64,000 nucleotides of DNA, taken from assembly GCF_006345805.1 (NCBI RefSeq), contig NC_043025.1:2356001-2420000 (forward strand), read 5' to 3'. Positions 54,430 to 64,000 of this stretch are shown piece after piece (the stretch's first letter is position 1; each line of letters begins with the position of its first letter). Both the position numbers and the translations under genes were made by a program. The notes beneath the pieces were generated by a model that had not been told where the DNA came from, ran no database searches, and saw only the letters and a program-made list of their open reading frames with translations. This stretch comes from Octopus sinensis. Its lineage: Eukaryota.

Positions 54430-56320
54430 TTTTCTTTAATCTCACCATCAGAACGTCACCCCTCTACCTAAATTATATTCCTAACCCTCCTCAATATCAC
54501 TACCTTCAACTAACTTTTTTTATCGTGTAATAAATATTACGTTCCCCCTACCGCATGCCCTCTTCCTCTTTTTCTCTCTCCTTTCTCCTTCTTTTTGGTC
54601 TCTCTTTGCATTCACCTATCACGTGAAAGCGTTACAGTTACGTTCCTTCTACCTCATATCATCGACACTTCACTTTCCCTATTTTCCTCTAATCACAAGA
54701 AAGCGTTACCGACGGACTAATTAACATAATGACAAGCAGAATTATTATAAGATCGTCATCACCTTCGTTATGGACATCACAATAATCAACATCGTCATCA
54801 CCAATTCATCGAAGCCTTTCTCGTCGTTCTCGATAATCATCATCATCATTATCCCCCGAATCCTCCTCACCGTCCTTATTACAACATTTACCATCAACAT
54901 CGCCATCCTCCTCCCCCCCATCATCATCATCAACATCATCTCGGCCATTTTCTTCTTCATCGTCCTTTTTTTTTTAATATGATTCTAAAGTTACAAGATT
55001 TAATATTTTATCAGAAATCCTTTTAATACTTTTTCTTTTGACCCGTGTTTTATGTTTCAGAAATCTCCGGTCGAATCAGATCACAACCATCCAACAAGGA
55101 TCCTTTCGAAATCTTCAAAGTTTACAGAAAATGTAAGTTGCTTAAGTTTTTTGATATTATTTTATTTACGAAATTTTTCTAGGGATTCCATGTCTTTTCA
55201 TCTTTCTTTTTCTCTCTTTATCTCTAACGTATATTCCGCTACCATATTCGTGTGTATGAAAGTATCTGCAATTGTTGGTGTCTGTATGCGTCAGCATCGA
55301 TATCTAATATTTTGTGTATGAGTGTACGATTGAATGAGAATATGTATGTTTGTATTCGTGTCTACAGGTGGGTATATTATGAAATACATATTTATGCAGA
55401 GTCCGTTTGAAAAATCTATATACACTCCAAGAAAAGATAAGAACGTATAGAAATATATTCATTCTCACTTTTTTTGAGATTCTGCTTCATTGATATGAAT
55501 TATTTTAAACTCTACAATTACATGACGTGCTGAAGTTGGTAGTCGTCATTTTCTATTTGTGCAGTGAGCTACAGCTGGGGCAATTTGGTCAAACTGTCCA
55601 GTGTGATGGCTGCTTATGCCGTTTCAATTTCTTTAGGAAGGATGTTAGTGTAGTCAGTCGTCCACAACATAAAACAATGTTTGGCGTGTCCCTCGTACGT
55701 TTATGTGTATGTGTAATGATATTACTTACGTTGATATATTTTTATTGTCTTTTCTATCCTCATTCGCAATTGTCAGATTGTTTTGCTTGTCCATCTTGTC
55801 TGTTTTATTGCTACTATCTTTTCTTCATCATCGACTTCCTCGTTGTTACTGATTTTGTTGTTGTTGTTGTCGTGGGTGTTGTTGTTGTTGTTGTTGTTTT
55901 GTTGTTCTTCTTCTTAACATAACGAAATACATTATAATCGAACCGAGTGAAACCGAGTTTATTGAGCGAGGTGCTTTTTGAAACGTCAACTGACGAGAAA
56001 CATCTGCAAAGAAAAATACACTGTGGCCAATCGACCATTATCTCATCCGTGAGTGGCCGATTGAAGACGGGCTGAAACGGCCGTAGTGATTAACGAATCT
56101 CGTAAAATCAATTTTCCATTTCCGTCATGTATGTGTGTGTATGTGTGTGTGTGTATGTGTGTGTATGTGTGTGTATGTGTGAGTATACGCTTAGACGTTG
56201 GTATGGCTGTGTGAAAACAATTTTGCTTCCGTATTCTGTCCCTCTGCGGGTACTCTGGTCTTCAGCCGAACAAACCCGTGTATGTTAGATAATTGGGTAC
56301 ACGGTACCTTTTCGTATATA
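54430..56320 (+). repeat. Duplicated intron-exon block, copy B
   Basis: 54430-54752 matches 17320-17720 and 54752-56320 matches 26385-28100, with the two parts joined directly. Confidence 0.93.
55061..55132 (+). CDS. 72-bp internal LRR exon (NLRSNQITTIQQGSFRNLQSLQK), paralogue of 26671-26742
   Basis: tttcag acceptor, gtaagt donor, phase 2-2; splices in frame to the upstream exon (AT+A = Ile), continuing the LRR consensus. Confidence 0.9.
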
Positions 56321-56445
56321 TACGAAGTGGTATCATAAAGTTCCCGGCCGAGTTACGTTTAATAAATGTAACCTATACTACCTTAGTTATAACTTCATTT
56401 ACTTCGGAAAAGTCGACTTGCGAAATAAAACACAAATATGAAACG

Positions 56446-58150
56446 TTTTCCTTTCTTTTTTTTCCTTTTTTCCCCTTTAACGTCTCATATACGGCTTCAG
56501 TTCTAACAGATCAATTACTGGTGGCAGCACGTTGAACGCCACCAACGCTCTGGCCGGGTCAATTCAATCCCCGCACATATCTCTAAGTTTATTATAGGTT
56601 TCCCTATCGACCACAATGACCTTCACACTCTCTTGGTTCACGTCATTGCACAACTTTACCCTTATGATGTGCCTGAACTTTACGATTTGTTTCTCCACTT
56701 ACTTGTTCTTAGAATACGTCAAAAAATTCCATTTTTTCTTACCCCCTTTCGGTCTTCTCCTTTCTTCTTTTACTACTTTTTTATTATAGGTTCCTCTATA
56801 CACTTCTCTGAGTCTGAGACCTTCTCTTTCTCTGTCTTCAGTTTCTCCATCTCACCCTCTTGTAGTTGAGTTCTTGAATCTTCCGTCAATTCACCTGTCA
56901 TCTTCATACTTGCTTCCTCCTTCCCTGACTCATTGTCACACATCTTCTTAGTTATTTTTTCACTTTCCTTTTCCGTTTCACTTTTATCATCTTTCTTTCT
57001 CGTTATCTCTTTTTTCCCACCTCTTCTTTCTTCTTTTTCTGGTTAGTCGATGGCGGACGTACCCTACCGATCCTCCTTTTGCTTTCCACTAGCGTGAATT
57101 CTTCTTCCGCTGTTTCTCATTATTCTCTACTGTCAATGCCTGCTCGACACCCTCTTCAGTCTCTCTCTGCTCCCTCCGTGGGTATCTCGCCTTCATGTCC
57201 CTCCTCGCCACACTCAAAACACACAAGCTGCCTGCTTTCCACCTTCACTCCCAGTGCAACACTATCTCCTTGGCCATTCCGTTCAAGTCCTCCACTTTAG
57301 CCTGGATTGTTAGCTCCAACCCACAGCCCCAGCAGCTTGTTTACTCTGGTGGCCCTCAATATTCCAGCCTCGTCCTCCATGTTGTACACAATGGCCGTCA
57401 TCAGCCATGCCTCCTCCAGCTCAGGTGGCACCTGGCCCAACCGAACCCTCACCAAACGTCCGCCGCAACAGGATGGCAGAAGAATCCATTCTTCTGAGCG
57501 GACCGCCTCCGTAGCATGCCTCATCGCTTCCTCCTCCGATGTAAAACGCACATCCACAGTTGCATACTCCCTGCATCCTGTTCCGAAGGTTATCAACCTT
57601 TCATGCCTTCCAACATCCTCTCGATCCCCTCCACAGTTGCTACCTCGATCCTTCCTGTAGCGACCCTCACAGTCCTGTATGTCACTGTCTTCCTCATAAC
57701 ACTGTTCACTAGCTCCTCGGGTGGTGTCAATTTCATCTTCTCGATTTCCCCACTAATCAGCCTCTCGCCAGCTTCCATCCTCCTGGCCTCGACCTCTACT
57801 TCAAAATTCTCCAATGTTTCTCTCCCCGCTTCTCCTCCAGTTGCGGCTGCACAGCTGTGGCTGCCCGCTGGCACCTTCTCCATTTTCCTCAATGGGAAAA
57901 ATCAACTCAACAAAACTTTAACGATATTAACAACGGTATCAACAACAGCAACAATCAACAATAAATTCACGTTCCACTCACAAATACAACTCAACTTCAA
58001 CAACTCGAACTCAAAAACAACACCTATCAACTACAAAATTCTCTACTCAACTCGACTCTACTTCGACGTCTAGACTTCTCCCTCTATATCTACGTATTGA
58101 GCTAGCCTACTTCATCGTCTGGGGGCGTCCACACAACACAAGTAAAAGAG
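56446..58150 (-). mobile_element. Tx1/L1-type ORF1-bearing element with no detectable ORF2
   Basis: KLTPPEELVNSVMRKTVTY and YATVDVRFTSEEEAMRHA...LLPS resemble ORF1 of the 18952 element; CFECGEEGH knuckle at ~57195-57222; purine-rich tail at ~56446-56476. Confidence 0.7.
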
Positions 58151-59459
58151 AGAATATTGCTACATACATACATACTTGCATATATACATATATACCTAAT
58201 GAAGAATCAGAGAATGGTTTCAGCGGCTTTCTTTATTCTATATCAATGCAATTGTGTCTACACATCACATCCGTAGTTCTTGATGAGATGATATAATTTA
58301 CATCGTGTGTCATCACTACAATTCATGAAAGGTGGAACGTAGGACTTATTGAAATACTCACCTGAAAAGAATATTTTACACCTCTGATAGATGGTAAGGA
58401 TTACGCAATTTATTAATTATACCATCTGAACCATGTACAATGGTTGTGAAATCATGTAGTATCAATTGTAGTATTATGGAATAAAGAATATCGTTTAATT
58501 CATTCCCTCTTATTCACCTCTGTTTAAACACGAAAGCGAAAAATGAGAGAAACACAATTTCTCAACAAAGAAAAAACAAACGAGATACAACAACAGATAT
58601 TCAAAACGCTTTAGTAGCAGTTTCCACGCGGGTTTCGAAATCGCAAATCCGAATCGCCACACAATATCACCATACACATACCAGTTGCTGACGTCACCTA
58701 ACTCCAGAACAATGAAATTTGACTTACAATCAAAATCGAACTTCAGCGAATACAACAAAATTACCCTTTTAAGAGAATCAAGCAAATGGAATGGCTGATG
58801 ACCGTTCCCCACAGGTAAGCCAACCAGGCAGAATGAAAATCTTGACCACCAGAAAAATAAGACATCAACAAATATCAGATCCTTCACGGAAAAAATCGTA
58901 AATACACCGGATTCCAAAAAACGCCTTTACAAGCAAAAGATCTTGCACATGTCGGTAAGAGAATCACAGAAACTGTAAACAAAAACCCTTTTTTCACTAT
59001 CTTCATTTCTCCCTTGTTTTTCTCCCTCTTAACTCAGTATGGCCGAAACTTTGATACCCCACGTTTCTTATCGATCACTACTAACACTATTGAATGTTGT
59101 GCATTTCAGCAAAATGATCCACATTTTTTATATATTATTGAAATTTATGAACATTTAAAATCATACTTCATTTCACCGAAACTTATAAACATAAAAACAT
59201 GTTTTTCTAATTCATAATTTTAAATTTTTACCATTCATAAACAAAAAATATTGTTGAACCTAGTTTGGTAGGTATATTTATTTATTTATTTTATTTTATT
59301 TTATCTAGTTTCAGCTCACGAGCTGTGGCCATGCTGGGGCACCGCCATTTAATATAAATATATTTATTTAAAAACAATTACATGTTTTTTTTCAAATTTA
59401 GGCGCGTTTTCAACAAAAAATTTTCCTATATACTTTTCTGCGTGGAAATACAACGCCTC

Positions 59460-59900
59460 TTTTGTTATACTCTTTTCTCTTTTACCCTTTTACTTGTTTC
59501 AGTCATTTGACAGCGGCCATGCTGGTGCACCGCTTTTAATCGAGCAACTCGACCCCGGGACTTATTCGTTTGTAAGCCCAGTACTTATTCTAACGGTTTC
59601 TTTTGCCGAACCGCTAAATGAGGGGACGTAAAAACACCAGTATCGATTGTCAAGCAATGCTAGGGGGACAAACACAGACAAACAAACACACACACGCAAA
59701 TATATATATTTATATATATATATATATCCTTTATATATATATATATATATATATACATAAATATACATATATACGACGGTCTTCTTTCAGTTTCCGTCTA
59801 CCAAATCCACTCACAAGGCTTTGGTCGGCCCGAAGCTATAGTAGAAGACACTTGCTCAAGGTGCCACGCAGTGGGACTGAACCCGGAACCATGTGGTTGC
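59460..59900 (-). mobile_element. SINE (same family as 37015-37420) whose remaining end lies at 63259-63293
   Basis: ...cccggaaccatgtggttg is interrupted at 59899; gtaagcaagctacttaccacacagcca resumes at 63259. Confidence 0.78.
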
Positions 59901-61320
59901 TAAACAAGGCACCTCCTAAGCGTGACCTAGACAATTTCGAGCAACATCTTGAACATCAAATTTAAACCTAGAAAAATAACAATCAAACCCCACCTAACTA
60001 AAATCAATAATATCCTCAAGAGTCTTCAAAAATACTCTGAAATTCTCTTCCAAGCCGTCAAACCCGGCAACCTTTATAATGCTTCTTTAGATAAATACCG
60101 AGAGCTAATACACAAATAACTACATAAATGATACCGTATTGTGCCAGTCTCGTTCTAAAAGACATTTACATCAAGAATCGTGATCTCGTTTTCGAACACG
60201 GATTAGAAGATAGGACCGGACGTTACTTAACTCGCTCACTCCATATTAACGCAGAAGACCATAAAATAAAATCTGCCGAGAACCCTTCCGTTCGCCTCAT
60301 TTGCCCCTTCAGTTCAGATATAGGTAAGATTAGCAAGATTTCATCAGACAGGATTATACCCCCAACTACACCCATGGACTGAAATTACTCAAGCCGTCCA
60401 GTCGTTTAATTCCTAAAGCCCTAAACATACTTTTAAATTCATCCAGATCGACATAGACCAAATTACTCTAGTGTATCCCCTATCCTTCTCAACAAAGTCC
60501 TCATTTTTGCAATGATACAATCTAACCTCTCTTGTGACGATATTGATATCATCTTGGCCGCCCGTCGATATGTGATAAAACTGGGTAATTCTAGGCCAAT
60601 AGAGACATTCGGGATTCTCGCAACTGCGGAATCGAAAAGATTAGAAAAAGACTAAGATATCTTTTTAAAAAGGTGGGCCTCTGCATCACTTTATGTAGCA
60701 GCCTTAACACTTCTAATTTCCTAGATGTCACCCTAGATCTACAAAGTCAAATTTTCAACCCATGCCATAAACTTAAGGGGAACCTCCACTACGTCAACTT
60801 TTCCTCCATCCACAACGCCAGTTGTCCTAAACTCTATCGTAGATATCGTATCAAAACGGATTTCATCACTGTCCGCCAGTAAGGAAATATTCGAACAATA
60901 CGCTGAATATTATAATAGCGTGACGGTCATAAGAATTCGATCGAATATAACCCTGTGTAGAACAAGCCTCCCTCAACTAACCTTGGAACCAAGAATACAC
61001 CCGTCCTCCAGATAAAACAAAAAATATCCCGCATAACCGATCGTCCTACTAGTCTCCCAAATTTTAAAGTAGTATATGATCTAACAAACAATCTCCCCAC
61101 TCGGTGACCCTTGACACTAACACTGTCTCTGCCCGCCGATATCAACACCCGTATGCCCTTTCAAAACTCTTTATTTACTCGGATAAACCTATCAATCGGA
61201 ATAAGATAACAAGAACACGTGAAGTTATCTGGTTTCGTTTCCCTAAAACATTCTTTTTTTTCCCAACAGAAAGAAAACGAGGTATTGAACCCCTCACTAT
61301 AATTTTTACAATTATTGGAC
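59900..61320 (+). mobile_element. Degenerate Penelope-like element (possibly Naiad-type RT)
   Basis: EDHK...NPSVRLICP..SDIGKISK and NFLDVTLDL...P.HK....HYVN..S.H. Confidence 0.7.
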
Positions 61321-61440
61321 TTAATATTCCATAACAAATAATAACATACAATAATATACAATAAAATATTCAATATACCATCAACACTAATCCATTTACA
61401 AGTGAGGCACTGAGATTCTTACACGTTATAACAATGAGGT

Positions 61441-63250
61441 TTTTCAACCTCTTGTCAATCCTCATTATCGCTTGTGTACGTGTACTCTACCATCGCCCAT
61501 GCTTGCTTTAAAATCAAGGTATGCTCCGAGTTGGCGTCACCCGGCCACGAGCGATATTCCTCCTTTAGTCCCCCCAGCCTATGTAACATGCGCAACGTTA
61601 TGAAATCTACAGCTCTCTGCGGAGGCCATTCGGGTTACCGTGCGAAGGCCAAAGGTACACCCTTGTAGTGTTCTTCCACCTCTCCCCCTCTATAACAGAA
61701 GGCCAGCAGGTCTTCCTCCTCCGGGTTCGAGATAGTAAATTCTATCGTTGGCGGCACAATTCTTACCAATTGTGTCTAACCCAACCCTCACCGATGGGGC
61801 ATCATGTCTCCAACTGTCGGCAATATCCCGGTTCTCCTCTTCATTTTTCTTCTTGACTGTGGGAGGGTGCGTCCCCTCCGTGACCGGGACATGTGCTTCC
61901 CTTCCCTCATTCCCAGAATCCTTCGGTGAGCACCCATTATTACTCACCTTCTTCCTTTTGCGGCTCTTCTTTGAGGCATCCTCTGTCTCCTCGGCCGCCT
62001 TCATTCCTTCTTCTACAGAGGTCTCCGTCAACCGCTCCAGGATTTTGCTTTGCCGTTGAGGACAGTTCTTTTTTATATGGCCAGGCTCCAAGCACCGATG
62101 ACACTTGGGGGAGGGAGGCTCCCTCAAGTATCACCGGATACTTCGACCCGCCTATTCTTAAAAAGTCTGAAAATACCAGACTTTCGGCTGACAGGATCTA
62201 GAGGGTCAAAACAGATTTTGACCCCTTCAAGTCAGCCGCAGGCAGAATATTTACATTGAAGAGCTTGGTGCTACTGCCACCCAGACCCCGGCGGATAATA
62301 TCTCCTATCCACTCGAGCTAAACTCCGATTGGCAAGCCGCAAAACCAAGCCCTCATCAACTTCTTCCAACAATATGTGGGAAGAAACACAATATCATTGC
62401 CTTCCAGGAGCTGGCTCGCAAATTCACAATCCATTTCTGGGGAGTCAAACATCAACCACACGGTTGCATATTTGACCCTCCGAGTGATTAACTTAATAGC
62501 TGGTTGAAATTCTGCCATCTCTCTTTCGATTATATTTTTTGAAAACGGCAATGGCGTCGGGGGTCCTAGAGTAGGTCCTCAAACCCACCGTCTTACTTTC
62601 AAGTTCTTTTAATCATCTTTTGGGTGGTATAAATTCCCACTCCACCAAATTTCCATTGTTCTTTGCCAGGTTTCTTTTTAAAAAAGTCCAAAAAACACCT
62701 CATAAAATACAAAATAATTAAGGAAAAAGAAGGAAGAGTAAAAAGTCCAAACAAAAAAGAAGAAAAAATTAACAGTTCAATAAAGAGTCTTTTTTAAATA
62801 AAAGAGGGGTGAAGAGAGAGCAACAGTTCAAAACACAGCAGAGGCCACTCGGTACTCCAGGCCAAAATTTCAACGCAAATCATTCCAATTTTCTTCTCAT
62901 AGGTAATCCTTAACAGGAACAATATTGTTGAAATCTTTTCTAAAAATTCCCAGAGTTATTCCTGGACAAATATTATTCTCAGACAAAATTTTGCGGCAGG
63001 ATACGCCCACAAATACAATAATTTTCACAGTTAAGTGAAAAAATATTCACTCAGCTACAGGAAGACTAGAATCCAGTGAGGACTTCTTGTTTGCAAAAAA
63101 TAATTGCGGCAGACAACATGCCCCCACTAGACACCCAAAAAAGTCTTACCTTACAACTGAGTTTCAAAACTCTTCAATTTAAGACGGCTTCAAAAACACG
63201 TCTTTAGTCTTTACTGTTTCAGTATCAAACAAAACTCCGATTCGCTCAGC
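61441..63250 (-). mobile_element. Second ORF1-bearing Tx1/L1-type element with no detectable ORF2
   Basis: KYATVWLMFDSPEM...FLPTYC (62318-62551); CHRCLEPGHIKKNCP CCHC knuckle; flanked by direct repeat acaatgaggt (61431-61440, 63251-63260). Confidence 0.68.
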
Positions 63251-63299
63251 ACAATGAGGTAAGCAAGCTACTTACCACACAGCCACTACTGCACTGATT

Positions 63300-64000
63300 C
63301 TGGTGATGATTTTCAATTTCTTTTTCACCCCAACGTTTGAAATGATGGCAGGAATCTCTTTAAAAGTTGTGTGAATGTTTTGATTTTTTTCAAATCCCCA
63401 ATCCCAGTCGGTAACGATTTTGGCCAATGCTTTTGAATAACGCATTAACAAAAGTTCTAAATGAAAAATTTTGGAAATCGGTGATCACCATTATAATACA
63501 CGCTTTTTTTTCAAACAAAATGTGAAACGTTGTTTGAAAACAATGGCGACATTTTAAAATTTTGTTCCTTAACCTCGCATATTCCCAAAACGATGTTATT
63601 TTCCCAGCAGCTTTTGCATTTTTTGTCCAACTTTAATGAAAATCGACGAGTGAGCAAGGCTCATGGCAGTGAGTTGATTTCAGTATATGACGTTGAGAAA
63701 AAAATTGGTAATTGCGCCGGAGCGGTGGTTTTATAAAATCAATAGACGTTTTATTTGTGGCCGTAAATTTCATATATTTTATCTGATTTTAATGAAATAT
63801 GAAGTGTAGGTAAATGTTTGGTGGGGGATACGGTAAATGTATTTATTTAATTCAAAAGAGCTTGAAAAGGGCATAAATGTACATAAGCATTTCCATACAG
63901 ACATTCTTAACGATTTTGTAGAAATTTTACATGTGATTACAGCTCATGTCCATTAGTTGACACCTACATTAAGAGTTGACAAAAATCGATAACTGCGAGT
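63300..64000. repeat. Second copy of the 35850-36575 repeat, running off the window end
   Basis: Colinear similarity (gatggcaggaa.ctcttt, gacgttga.aaaa, agacattctta.cgattttgtagaaatttta). Confidence 0.85.

Noticed and set aside
56480-56535. U2 snRNA-like target sequence at the end of the ORF1-only element
   Set aside because: Only a few bases (atctgtt) match; not convincing.

Overview
AT-rich, microsatellite-dense eukaryotic DNA with no prokaryotic features. The SINE and Penelope families and the microsatellite load resemble an octopus/cephalopod genome (inference). The window is mostly intronic sequence of a + strand gene, of which only two 72-bp phase-2 leucine-rich-repeat exons are visible (26671-26742, 55061-55132). 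These two exons arose by duplication of an intron-exon block. The introns are filled with transposons: Tx1/L1-like LINEs (one near full length, two apparently ORF1-only), RTE, HERO-like and R4-like LINEs, Penelope-like elements, a Gypsy element, three Helitron remnants, mariner and maT elements, and SINEs. Two things stand out. (1) A ~2.3-kb decayed reading frame at 38600-40927, largely missed by the ORF track, carries colinear motifs resembling the orthomyxovirus (influenza-like) polymerase PA subunit, i.e. a candidate endogenous viral element. (2) A ~4-kb array of ~493-bp units at 50317-54349 carries a type I hammerhead ribozyme in each full unit (retrozyme-like), arranged as two inverted arms just upstream of an LRR exon. 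All protein and RNA assignments come from manual motif recognition and need database confirmation.
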